Assembly (NCBI RefSeq): GCF_964355755.1
Contig: NC_092679.1
Coordinates: 17,467,432 to 17,531,431, forward strand
Length of the DNA stretch: 64,000 nt
Reading direction: 5' to 3'
DNA from: Antedon mediterranea
Lineage: Eukaryota; Animalia; Echinodermata
A program made the translations under genes and the position numbers. This document shows, piece after piece, positions 25,601-39,100 of this stretch (position 1 is the stretch's first letter; each line of letters opens with the position of its first letter). The notes beneath the pieces are model-generated. The model was not told the DNA's origin, ran no database searches, and was given only the letters and a program-made list of their open reading frames with translations.

Positions 25601-28432
25601 AGTTGTTTTCGAGGCTTATAGAACTGCACCTGCATCCATCGAACACCATGAGGTTTGACAGCGGCTACCTCTTCTATCGTACGTGTTGATACACAACTTA
25701 GCGTCATCGCAGACCCAATAGAAGCCGCAGCTACAAAACAAGTAAAGCTTGTTCTACGAATGGTGGAATAACACTGGACATGTTTTACCGCCATTACTTC
25801 TGTTAACGTTTGTTCAATGTTATTTTTGAAGGATGTATCGTACCTAATCCAGTAGAGTCTTAATATCTTAATATAAATTTTTTTTTTAATCTTAATTCGA
25901 AACAAACATAATCTGGAATTGAATTCATTTCCCTTTAAGTGTTGTTATTATTGGTCTTATGTTTATATGAACACATTAACATATGAGCCGGGTTTTTACG
26001 GGTATCATTATGTTTGATTACATACAGGGCGCGCCTTTTAGTAAAGAACATCTCGAGGAGTCTGAATGAAAATGATATCATACAATATTAAACAACAGTT
26101 AAACGAATAATTATAAAATAACTTAATTTATTAAAATATACTTACCTATAACTAAAAATGGAATAATCTCAAGCGCAAAATGGATAGAGGGCGGAACTAC
26201 ATAATATAAATCTATGGACAAAATGTCCTAAACTAAAATGGTACAAAGATCATTTTTTTTCCTGTGTAAACTTGTCTACACGGTTAAACGTCACGTTATC
26301 ATCCCAAATTTTTAACAAAGCACTGGTTGATTTTCCTGAAAATCGATGACGTCTATCTATCTAAATTTTTTCGCGTAATTTTACGTATTGTACCGGTATC
26401 TCATCCAAGGTCGAGCTCGCATTTGGCAAACTTTTCTTGAGGGGCCGCACACGATAGGCTAGATCACTTTCCTGAATTTAATAATAAAGACTAAAAAAGG
26501 CAAAAAATAGCAATTTAACCGTAATTTTCTAAAGCGTGATTCCCACTAGCGACGTAACGCAACGCAACGACGTATTGACGCAAAGTGCTGTATTGCGTAA
26601 TCACAAGTGGGAACCGACGACACAACAATACTGCTAACATTGCAGGTTTGATTTCACGCAGGCGGGGCAAACACAATTGTTGGAAGAGCATTTTCTTACG
26701 TTGCGTAGGCCGCATTGCGTCGGTAGTGGGAACCAATCGTGCATGGTGGGCATGTTTCGCGAGTTGTTACGTCACGTAACTACTCAACCTCCTCTGTAGT
26801 GTACCACCCCCATGGCCATATCTACAAATACCATGCCAGACCGCCAAATTAAAACAGTGTTTAGTCTTGGCAGCCGGCCAACCAAATTACTTAAACCTAT
26901 CCTTTTCGTACATCACGGCTAGTTCAGTAGTGAGAAAAACGCCGTGGCAATTGATATCAATGCTTAGTACATTCGAGTTCGACTCCGCGAAATGTGTAAA
27001 AAAAAAATCAAAACTAGACCATAATTTAATCATAAAAGTAGGAAAAAAAATAACAAAGTTCCCACAACAAAATAGCAAAATATCAAAAACCATTGAAATA
27101 AAAAAAATGTAAATTAATAAAAATAAACACACACAAAACGGATCCACATATTACGGAAAATGTGTATAGGCCGTGTTTTTTCATTTTATTGATTATTGAT
27201 CTAATTAACAAACAAAATATCAAATAATAGGCCTACACCCATGATGTTTCCGCGCACCGCATCATCTAATTTCGACTACCACCAAAATGTGTATTTTTGT
27301 GTGTTTATTATAAGTCCGTAAGCAGCTGTAGTTTTATTATTCCAATACTGCATATCTTATTTCTATGAATTACCAATTCACATTAATTGAAATATTTAGA
27401 ACTCCTTATCCTGATTGACAGACTGCAACGTGTATGTCTCTCTCATGCACGTCGTAACTTTCTGATGCGCACCCTAGATTAATATTCACACGGCACCATT
27501 TTTCTTTAGCGTCTTTTATATTCGTCAAGTCCCATATCCAGTATTCATTTTTTAGCTTACTTTATAACTAAATCAATGACCGTAAATAATTTCAAATTTC
27601 ATTTTTGACAATTTTGTCTTTTTTTGTAATAATTTGTCAGAGTACTTTTATCAGGGAAGAGTGTGCTTTTATACATACTCATCCCAAGTGAACTAGTATA
27701 ACCACATATTACGGCAGAAATAACCTTGCGTAGCACGGATTACTCTTAGACTAAATTTGATTTTACCTCTAGCAGTTGCAACTTCACCTTCTTCAAAATG
27801 AGCCAGTCTGTGAACAGCCGTTGGCGCTAAACAAACTGGCCAAGAGATACGCTCACCCAATATGGTCGTGCTCAAATCTATATTGGATACATCCCGAAGA
27901 ACCTTTGGTCGCAAACGATACCTGTACAAATGTAATACATTTTATATATGAATAGATATTATTTTTAGAAGAATGTTCTAAAAGCTCTGTCTTCACTATC
28001 AAACCTTCATTATCAAACTGGTTTGAAAAAAGTGTGATGTGCCCAAATATAGTGATATATATGACAGCATCGTGTCTATATATTATGGGCACATCACATT
28101 TTTTTGTCACATACAGTTTGATAGTGTAGTCAGAGCTTAATTATTCTCACATCGTACCAGGGATTCATTGAGTTTTTTTCCCGCCCATGAATTATTTTTG
28201 CTCTCCAGTCTACCATATCAACTTAACTACCTTACCTACTTTCTTTCCCATAATAAGCAAATTACTTCTGCCATACACACCTTTTAAACGCCTCTCTGTT
28301 TTCCTTCAATGTAAACTGTTCGTCACAGCCCTCTGCAAAATAGCTCCATGACGAACTTTGTAACCGTTTATTTGCAACTTTTCTGAAATCTTCTAAACAA
28401 ACATAATCTTTTTTTTCGCGAATTGAATGCAT
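22667..28432 (-). CDS. Alpha-hydroxy acid oxidase (HAO-like), tandem copy B, 8 coding exons
   Basis: Exons 28432-28281 ([16 protein letters not shown]), 27921-27767, 25730-25469, 24788-24679, 24023-23932, 23829-23668, 23534-23465, 22743-22667. Same intron positions as copy A, open frame throughout, SNHGGRQLD retained. Ends YYRQPTVL. Confidence 0.88.
22765..23235 (-). mobile_element. 3' fragment of a CR1/L2-type LINE
   Basis: Minus strand reads [34 protein letters not shown], typical of an ORF2 C-terminus, followed by a 3'UTR with AATAAA. Confidence 0.7.
24942..25426. mobile_element. Non-autonomous Kolobok-like DNA transposon
   Basis: TTAA|AGATGTATTGTACC ... GGGACAATGCATCT|TTAA. A related left-end fragment lies at ~22319-22540. 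Confidence 0.75.
25780..26210 (-). pseudogene. Degenerate duplicate of the HAO-B promoter, 5'UTR and exon 1 inside HAO-B intron 2
   Basis: 25917-26200 aligns by eye to 28420-28795. Block 26141-26196 is nearly identical to 28736-28791. The relic reads [11 protein letters not shown] versus [14 protein letters not shown], then loses frame and similarity. Confidence 0.75.
26533..26740. mobile_element. Harbinger-type MITE family B
   Basis: TTCCCACTAGCGACGTAACGCAA ... TTGCGTCGGTAGTGGGAA, related to 43279-43455. Confidence 0.7.
27983..28137. mobile_element. MITE family A
   Basis: Both TIRs present. Confidence 0.85.
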
Positions 28433-29053
28433 TGTCCCTTTAAAATGGTGTTATTATTGGACTTACGTATGTCCATGAACCTATAGATGTGCTGTGGTTT
28501 TAACGGGTATCATTAATATGATAATGTTTGATTTTAGACATTATAGTAGGCCCGCCTACTAGTAAAGTACATAGTCGAGAAGTCTGAAAGAAAATTACAT
28601 CATACAACTTAAGCAACAATTAAAAGAATAATTTTCATTTGTAAAAAAAGACAATTTATTAAATAATTTGATGAATAAAAATAGTATCACATTTCTTTCG
28701 GTACAAGTTTGTTTGAGCGATAATTTAAGAAAGAGCTTACCTATAACTAAAAATGGAATAATCTCAAGCGCAAAATGGAAAGAGGGCGGAAATACTGAAA
28801 TAAATATATCGCGGAATATAAACTAAAACTAAACATGACGTTCAATAATGAGTTATGTCCATCCATGCATACAACATCTTGTGAACTCCTGATCGCCCCT
28901 CAGATACAATTAACAAATCGCAAAAGGTTACGTAATGGTTTCTAAATTAAAAAAACTTTATAGTTATTTTTTAGACCATTAGAACACATCATTTTTTGTA
29001 ATATTTGTACACTTGAATGTAAAAGCATATAATATAATTATCCTAACTTCTCA

Positions 29054-29260
29054 TTCATCGTCATAACCGTCGTCATCGTCATCGTCATGATCATCATCAT
29101 CACCACTATCATCATCATAACCGTCGTCATCATCATCATCATCATCACCATCATCATCATCGTCATAAATCATCATCATCATCATCATTATCATCATCAT
29201 CATCATCATCATCGTCGTCATAAATCATCATCATCATCACCATCATTATCATCATCATCG
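29054..29260. repeat. (ATC)n imperfect microsatellite
   Basis: About 200 bp of CATCATCAT with variants. A weaker tract lies at ~30945-31130. Confidence 0.95.
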
Positions 29261-29699
29261 TTACAGGGAAACCCACGAGTTTTGTACGCGCGCGTCAACT
29301 TTGTGTCTGAGAATTATAATTCATAATATTCCGGTACTAAATAAAGGAATGTGAAACTAACTAGTGATCAACGTACTGTAGGCCAATCAACAAACACGTA
29401 ATGCGGCATACATGTGATTATGGGTGTTTGTCGAAATCAACATGCAAATATGTACGTATGACCTTAATAATTACTGATGAATCGATGAGAATTTTACGCG
29501 TTTACACCTACATACAATCAAGCAATTAAAACAATAAATAAATTGTTTACACCCAAAACGCATGAATCAAAATATTCTGATAAATCTAACAACCGAATGA
29601 CTGCATGTTTTTGTGTCGATAAGTTAGAATATTGTATTTAGATAAATCGTCTGCCTGCTTAATCTTTTAACCACCTGTGTTGTTCACGCCTCCAATGCT

Positions 29700-30126
29700 A
29701 TGTTTGATCAAGAGGCGGAATACACAGACGACGACCACAGTGCTCTAAGCATGGCTAGTACGTTTACGTTCTTTTCAAAGTCTGTGGACAATTCCACTAC
29801 TGACGCGCCGCCGAAAACCGAGCCGCCAAAAACAGATAATGACCACGTTGAGGATGACGACGAAGCGGGACCATTTCAAAAATTAGCCGCCAGGTTGTTT
29901 TCTAGGAGTAGAACTAAATCACAAGAGGAACCAGTTCCACCACCTCCCGTTCAAGATGAGCTCAGTGTCGACCGTGAATCCTCGGCTTATGATAGCTCAC
30001 CCGAACCACCTGTGTTCGATAGCGATCAAATCGGGACGGACAAACCTGCAGGAATACTTTTAAATGGATTAGCTTCTAAATCAAAGAAAACTTCTACTAT
30101 AAAGTGGAAAAATCCAGATGGCACAG
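29700..30126 (+). CDS. EML candidate alternative first exon 1a (142 aa, acidic/Pro-rich)
   Basis: ORF from ATG 29700 ends ACAG|GTATTT in phase 1, compatible with the phase-1 acceptor at 40839. CpG-rich context. Confidence 0.7.
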
Positions 30127-33100
30127 GTATTTTATTTGTTGCTGTATTATGCCTCTTTTATCTATGATCTATTTTATTATTACGTTTCAGAGTCGGATAC
30201 TTATTACTTATATGTCATATATTGATTTGATAAAAGTCCAGTCAAGTAGAATAATAATAGAATCGGGGCCCATATGGCATTTTGATTATCTTACGACAGG
30301 GATCAGACATATCTAATTTTAACTGCTTGTTTATAGTAATAATGTTTTTACATTATTATTGTAATATATGATTTAAGCCTTATATTATTAACAGAAAAAA
30401 CTTAAATCAACTTTAAAGGTTTATTTGTGTTTCCTTATTATGACCCAACTAGGGCCGGCCTTTCGATAAATACAATGAGACTTAGTTTATTGGGCGTGTA
30501 TAAAATTAAACAAACAATTTTTTAATAATAAAGAGCTTTTAAAAAGTACACTTCAGTAAAATGTCATATAATAACCAATTTTCATTTAAAAAAACCGGTC
30601 ATTTTTGTTAACAACGCTCTGAAACTAAAATATATTACGATTTTTAAATAAATAATAAAATGCTAATTCCATCCGCTGCATCAAAAGGCTGGTAGAAATT
30701 AATTAGTAATATAAATTCCAATGCATTAATTACTATACAAGCGTCCATTGATTATTGACAAAGGGATCTGCTAATATAACAATAGACCTGTCTACCTAAA
30801 TACAACTGTTCACACAGCGGATGCGTTTGCATATTTTGTGCATGATAATTATAATTGTTATGAAATCACGTTTTATGAATTACCATAATTCAATATTCAC
30901 AATTTGTTTGTTCATTAAATCATGGAATAATAATTATCACATGGTCACCATCGTCAACATAATCCTCGTTGTCGGTTATCGTTGGATCATAACTTAATTA
31001 TTATCCTCATCATTCATTCTCCTCCTTTCTCATCATCATCATCATCATCTGACAGACATACATCATTATCTGTTTTATTTCTTATTCTCATCATAATATT
31101 CATCATCATCATCTTCATCTAACCATCATTGCTACAACCATTAAAATAAAAACCAATGAGTTTCTAGAGATTGTACATCGATGATAAAATCAAAACGACG
31201 GAATTTTTATTATTATCTTCCAAGTCAAAGTATTTAGAGAGCGCGCCCTCGTTTTTTAATCCCGGATACACAGTTCGTACAGTCATCAAAAGTCGAGTTG
31301 ATCCGTAGGTCCTCTTGTCCCGTTCCGTAGTGTATTTTTCACACGAGTGAAAAAATCAAAATCATGGAGGCCAACGTAGAACAAGGACCTGCCGGTGATG
31401 TTGTTGAAAACACTCCTGGTGAAAAAATAGGTAAATATGTAATGTCAATCACTATGCTAGGTAGATATAATATCTGGCATCTGTACACGTGTGATGGTAA
31501 TTGAATAGAATAGCATAAAAGGCTTTTTCTGCTTGAATTGGCGCGGTCCTTCCTAGGCCCCAACCTGTTCCATCGATCTGTTGTGGATAAAAAAGCCCGG
31601 GATTTACCAACTTTGGGGTGCGTCAGGTAGTTTCATTGATGGAAGTTTAGTAACACGTTTGCGGCACATAGTAGCCTAGATCTTTAAATGGATAGCAATG
31701 TGTACTCTATTCACATTTTATTTTTTAATAAAGTATTTAGTCTTTTGATACTTCTATTGTTTTTTTGACTAGGAGGCCTATCATATACAAATTTAACATT
31801 TAACAATGATGTGATTTTTTATGATTTAATAAATAATATTAATAATATTATTAATAATGAAAAATGAATAAACAAAAACATACAGGGTAGGGGGGTACAG
31901 TATATATTTCATTTTCAATTGAAATAATAACTAGGTAGGCCTGCCCTAGCTAGTCTATTTCTAGCCAGATACAGCTAGGCATCTTCTCAAAAACCAAATG
32001 AAATCTCTCAATTATGTAAACATGGTTTTAATATTTTATTAATAAATTGTCTGTCCTGCAGAAAACTGTTTGTTTATTTATTCTCTTTGTGATTTTAAAT
32101 CTTTTAAAATCTAAATAGTTAGCTTACCTGGATAAACCGACATAGGCCTTTTCCCCTTCGAGGGGAAAACATTTATAAGTAAGTTTAAATAGAACAAGTT
32201 ACCCACCCCTCCATTGGTTTGTGTAATTTAATTTGAAAACGCCACACAAGATGCCACTTAAAATATTTGACTAATTTGTATTTTGCTAAACCATATTCAC
32301 GTCGTCAGGTAACATTAAACAATTAATATAATAATAATAATGTATCTTACTTAAGGTGTTTACGCTTGACCTCAGATGTTTAGTTTGATTTAATCAATGT
32401 TATTACAGCTTGAAAGCAAATAAGGGTATTTTAATGATTTTGTGCTTTTTTTTCAATCTTTCAATTCATCTTCAATCCAGAATTATTTTTACACAGTATT
32501 GGATATATCTTGCTTTTTAAAAAAATGTAAGAAATTGTACTATTGACGACAAGATTGAAGGAGTATATGTATTCACAATGCGATGACAATCCCACTTCCA
32601 TAATTTTCAACATAATTCATTTTGTAGATTTTTAAATTAATTATCTGTACAGTAGTGTGATTTATATAACCTTTCCCTAGATCCCCATTTTCCCCACTCC
32701 TCCCCTTTTCAACCTGACTCAATTTCGTATGACTCATAGTTGTATGAACTTCCAGTCATACAGTATGATGTTACACTGAATTAAAATTTATTTTAAATTA
32801 AGCTGTATTTAAAAAAAGCTTCACATTTAACTAATAAAATACATGCTAATTTTTTATATTTGTTAATATGCCTGTGATGTGTTGTTGTGATGCTGTACAG
32901 ACATCCCGTCCATCCCCTTCCTGTTTCTTACTAAATGAGTTTCCTGGGTCTGACATAACCGTATCTCCTTCCAAATTCCTGCATAAATTTATAAATTTTA
33001 TTTGAATCATCGGTTTCCAGTTCCTGTGATCGAGCCCATGACAGCTACAGTAATAAAATACAATCCAACTTTATAAGGAAAATGTTTAATTTGAATAGTA

Positions 33101-36100
33101 TCAATATCAGCTGCTATTAGTAATTAGAATTGACTCTACTGTAGTATAGGTCATCTCAAACTGAAAAAGCTTGCAATTTCTATTCTATGAATGGTATCTA
33201 TTTTCACGGTCTGCAAAAATATCGACCGGCCGCATGATTTCTGTTGAATATCAAAAGATTATAGAAGGTTAAGTTCAGTTATTAAGGGGTTAGCTGGAGA
33301 TTTAGGTACAGTAGGAGCGACTGATTTCATTGGCTATAAGCAATGTAATCCCTTTCATTCACAACAGTATTCTACTGTACTGTATGTCTAGCCCGGATTC
33401 CTCCAAGAAAAATATTTGAAAGTCTCATATTTTTACCCTGTCAGACACAAGCAATCTCTAGAGTAACGCGATGAACATGTCGGCCTAACAAGCAATATCC
33501 TTTGCAATCATTGTCTTTCTATTAAGATGTACATAGATTCCTAACGATCCGGATGTAACCATAAAATTATATTAATTCAACATCCCCCTATGCTCTGCTC
33601 CATTATTCGATGCCAGACAGTTACTCATCAATGTAGCTGATTTACTTTATTGGCTGGGCTGTACTGTATGTTGTGCACTCAAGTTAAATAAATAAACATG
33701 GCTTTTTAGATGACACTTGTTAATATTTTGGTGTCTATTTCAATGTTTAAAGGTCATTTAGTTTACATGCTCAGTTATTTTCTATGGCAAGAAGGATCTA
33801 TCTAGATTATAAAATCTTCACACTTAAATTTATGTAGATCACTTTGAAATTAAACAATGATGATGATATCACCATAACACATTCTTAACAAAAAATAAGA
33901 AGCTTGATGCATTATCTAGAATATAATAACCAAATTAATTTTAGATCTACAGTATTATGTTCCCACTTTCAAAAATGATTCTCATGAAAAAAATAAATAC
34001 TCCACTATGCCCTAAACGTAATATCATCAGCAGCTCGTGAAAATTGTTGCCCCTTTTGTGAAAAAAAAAGAATCCAACCCTCCCCAATTGTGTTTTTATC
34101 GTTGCAGTTTCTTTACAGTTTCGAAATACTATTAAATAATTTCAAGTAGTATTGTATACAATATCCCTCGGAGCACTTGATCTATTTCATATCCTGATAA
34201 TCTTCATTCAGTAGGTTGGTATCTTTAACAGGAAATAAGAGAGGTCATCAATAAACAGACTTGACATCTTTATGCCATGTATAAAATAGTATTGAAAAGG
34301 TCAGTTGTAATTATTTACGATTTGATCATAAAAAATTGAAAATGATAATGGTAACATAAGTAGTAATTTTTAATAAAGGTATTTTGTTTTTAACAAAACT
34401 ACAGTACAGTATTCAATTCAATAAACTACATATAATTACAGTACAGTGCAATAGGCTTAGTGTTAAACTACAAATAGAAAATTAACAACAAATGTTAAAT
34501 GTATTCACCCATATTTGATTTTAAGGCTTTTATCCCACCTTAGTTTTCAACTAATGTATAGCACATCCTCAAGATTTCTATAATTTCCTTCCTTTATGTT
34601 CAGTTTCATTGCACCCACCTATTAACTTAGAATTCATCCTAAGCATATTCTGCGCTTAAAATCTCTGGAAATTTACTCAAGTCATAGTACTTACTTTAAG
34701 TTGTAACCAAGAAGACAGTAGTAATAGTATACTGTAGTTTAATATTGGGTACTGTACATTTACTGTACAGTACCCAAGTCATAGTACTTACTTTAATTTG
34801 TAACCAAGAAGACAGTAGGTTAATAGTGTACTGTAGTTTAATATTGGGTACTGTACATTTAATATACAGTACTCAAGTCTCATAGACTGAGTACTTACTG
34901 ACCCAGCAAAGACACTCTTTCATAGGTGTAACCCAATTTCTAAAACCCTCTGTGCTTTAGGTACAGACCCTCCTCAACCCTTGACTAAATTCAGCACTAA
35001 TTAAAATGAATATGCACCGAAATGTGGCCTACAGTAGTAAGTTTACAAATAACTAGCCTAATAATAGTACAAAAATAATAATAAAAAAAATAAAATAGAA
35101 TTTATGAATGAATAAGTGACATCAAATGTTCTGCCCGCGGCTCACTGTGGCACAATTTTGCATAATAATCGCTATATAACATTGTTTATTAGTTGGCAAG
35201 CATGCTGAATGTAGTCATTTTGTTGTCGCCATCAAAATAAATTAGATATTGGATTCACGTACAATCAGCTAAGTAGTATATTTTGTTGCCATATTGGAAG
35301 TTGGCTAGCATGATGGATACATGGACTGGTAAGACAATCTCTATATAATTCAGTATGATTATCATACTCGTGGATTAAATCTTTGTAATCTTATGTAGCA
35401 ATACTATAAGTCTGTTTAGCTTGTGCCACTCTAGATTGAAAGTTCTGGTTATACTGTACAGCTAGTAGCCTAAATAATATTGAACAGTTCAAACAATTAA
35501 TTTTACTGTACATGTGGCTGTGTACAGTATGTTTTTAAACATTTTGTTTGTGGGAATATAAGGAATAAAATGATATGGTATTTGAATGTAATCGGATGGT
35601 TAAATCGGCAGTTGATGATTTTTGCAACTTGCATAACCGTAATTAATTTAAAGTGCCAATGTTTAATGGCCTTTCCTCTTATTCAATATTAGCAAAAGTT
35701 GAAATAATGTGACCATAAGTTGTTAACATACTGGCACTGACAGTAGATTACTACAAAACGTATTATCTGTATCATTTCTGTATAAAAGAAATTGATATTA
35801 CACCATTACTGTACATTACCTGGTGGCTATTAACAGTATAGTAGTAGTAGTAGTAGTAGTAACTTTCATACTCAGTACAGGTTTTACATAATAATATGCC
35901 ATAATACCACTGCCTACTATTTACAGTAGTCCAGCCCTTTCTTTAGTTGTCTAGAAACTGTAATACCATGCATGCTAACTGTAATAATACTTGGCTAAGT
36001 ATCTATAATATAAAGCTCAATCAGTCAAAGCAATTTGAGCATGCTAGCTTTTAGTGGATTGTAGTACAGTTTAGCATCAAGGCCACTGGGTGTATTCAGT

Positions 36101-39100
36101 GTTTTTTAACAGTGACTGATTGTCTTCAAATCTTCACCATTCATGAAATTATTTCACTCTTCTCTACCTACCTTTTGGGACAAGGACTAACAATTGGTTA
36201 GTCTATGGAATGCACATTTTCGGAATCACAAACATGATATAAAGAAAAAGTGAAAATATAAATTTAATAATATTAAACAGTAGTTACTGAAACTTTGAAA
36301 GGTACAATAGTGTTTTCTAGAAAACTAAACTTAAAACTACTGTAGGGTCCACATTTTACATTATTTTTAAAAAGAATATATTTAATTTTTCTACTATATT
36401 ATCTTTATTTCTTATGTTTTTTTTGAATAATAAAATCTTTACTTAAATGGTTTAAATAACAATTTTGTATTTTTGGAATGCCATTTAATGATTATTATAT
36501 GTCCAGTTCAGTTTCAATTTTTGCAGTACTGTAGCTTAAACCTTCCATGCTTTAAAACAGACATTCATTTAGCATAGACTGTTATGTATGGCGACAAACA
36601 TTATTTAAAAAAAAAATTCATTTCTCTAGAGGCTAGTTAAATACTGTAATGTACAGATAATGCAATTAATCCAATAACATGGAATTTCTAACAAAACAGT
36701 AATCCTGTTTTGGAACAGAATTTTAAGCGATTTCTAAACATTTTGTTGCAAAATATTAAATGTTAGTTGATCATTAGCCTATTCAGTTTCCCTTTAGGAT
36801 GTAGGCCAACTTCTCTTTTCCTGTATTGGTTATAACTCATAGAAAAAAAGGAAGTTAAACCTTTGAGTTGACTGCAACTATACAAGCTCTACACTTTAGC
36901 CAAATCAATAAGATTTTTAAGGTATAAGAACTGGGGATGATCATACCTATGCAAATGTCGCGTTATAATCAACAAAATATACTATTATTATATTCAATGT
37001 TTGCTCATGATTGTGCTAACTATTCACACTTTTTGGCCCCATGTGTTTTGCATTTGACCCCATGTGTGCTCCATTTGACCTTGTGAATATCACTAGGGAT
37101 ATTCAAATAGGGTACAGGATAGAAAACTGGGGAATTAGATAATGAGTATGATGGTAGCCTTGTATTCTTTATTTGTACAACACACCACAATACATAATGC
37201 CATTGGGGCCAGCTAAATATCTACTACTGTACATACAGTAGGGCCTACACAGTAACGTTCAGCCGTTTTATCCCAAGAAACTAAAAAACTGATGCAAACT
37301 AAATCTTTATTGATATTGATGGCCTATTCTTGACTATATTTGCGAATTAAAACCTAGACTGATACTGTAGCTAATATAATACCACCACAATATTATACGA
37401 ACTTTTATTTTAATTGTACATACAACACTATCGCATGCCATTTAGTTCCTGATAACATTCAATGTCGGTTTAGGTATGACAATAGATTGTTTTTCCCATT
37501 GAATCACATTGTAAATGTACAACTTTTAAAGTCTACTGGCCTTCAAATGTAAAGTTTGTATTAAATCTAAAAGGATATCGTCATTACATTTTAAAAACAA
37601 TTTCCGAATGCCTGGTTGCAGTTAGGCCCACTGTATTACTACAGTACAGTAGTCTAATATAGTTTAAATACTAGAGATAAAACATATTACACTACGGTAT
37701 TTAAAAAATCGGTAATTTATAGTAATAAAAGATATTCTTCTTCCACCAAGAAATCACTACCTATCCCTTAATATTAAAACATTGGTGAACGTGAAGCACA
37801 TACTGTACAGTACTATTACATACAGTAATACTGTAATAACTAGACATGTAACTCGTCACTTTGACGAGTTTGGTTATCCGCCGCGCAAGTGGTGCAACAT
37901 TAACATTAAGGGGATAGGTTGAGGACAAAAGGAAGTGTTCACGTTGGCATTATGACCTGAACTGAAGAATATGATATGTTGTTATTGCTGAATTTTATTA
38001 TTTAAATTCATATATAGTATACACAGTATAATCTGTATCCATATCACATACAGTGACATACATAGAATAGGCGAAATTACGGGACCCGTTATTTATTGCA
38101 ATTTTTAACATGTTGACGGTTTTAAAATGAAACGCGAAGGTAGCAATTCCGAAAGGAAATTATCTCAGCAACAACGTATTAGCGTGTAGAAGAAATTTGA
38201 ATACGTGAAATATTGATGCGCGCTCGTTTAAATGTAATGAATTATGACGCAAAAGATGAAAATACGACCTTTTTTATTTTACTGGCCATATGATGACGTC
38301 ACAACATCCGATTGGCAACATTTTTACATAATTTTGTATCTACAATCCAATAGCTTCCAGAAAAAGTTTTAATCGTGATTATCACATTTTATTCTTACGA
38401 GCTATAACAGATTAAAATTTACTGTAAAGATGAAATTAATGCCACACGTGATTTAAATTTTTAGGCATGATGACGTCAAAAAAATTAAAATATTTTTAAC
38501 TCATGCGAAAGATACTTGATTGACCTAGACAATATTAAAATCGGGGTGAAAATGGAAAACGGATAAGTGGAGATGCGCTCTATTCAATGTGATGAGCTAT
38601 GACGAAAGATACAAAAATCCTAAATTTTATATTCGCGTGGCCATACGATGACGTCACAATGTCCGGTTAGCCATATTAGTACCTGATCCGACATCTACAA
38701 CTCATCTACTTCTAGAATATGTCATCCACAAAAATTTGACCGTCTAGTTTAGAAAGTACGACTGTTTTAAAAAAGGCATATTTTAAACGAATTTTTTAAC
38801 CTTTTCATAAAAAACGCGCGCAAATTGTCCAATTCGACGTGCTCGTATGACGTATCTTTAAGTCGAAATTGTTTAAAATTTTGTAAAATTACTAGAAAAG
38901 GCTGGAAAAACATAAATCACGCGAAAAAAATACGTTTTCAATGCTACGTGCGCACCGCACACGTAAAAATGTGCGCACGCGTGGGAATTTTTGACATGCT
39001 TAAACCGACATGAAACGCGTAGAAAGTTGATTAGAAATTAATTTTGCGCATTCTGAAATTTTAAATGCGCGTGCGCGCGTAACTTTGTGTAAAACACGGA

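Noticed and set aside
25408-25905. 165-aa ORF as an N-terminally distinct HAO
   Set aside because: Its start is not an ATG in the sequence, and the N-terminal part is intron or decayed exon-1 relic read through into exon 3. Such a protein would lack essential exon 1-2 residues.
29087-29326. Poly-Ile/poly-His/poly-Ser ORF
   Set aside because: Translation artefact of the (ATC)n microsatellite.
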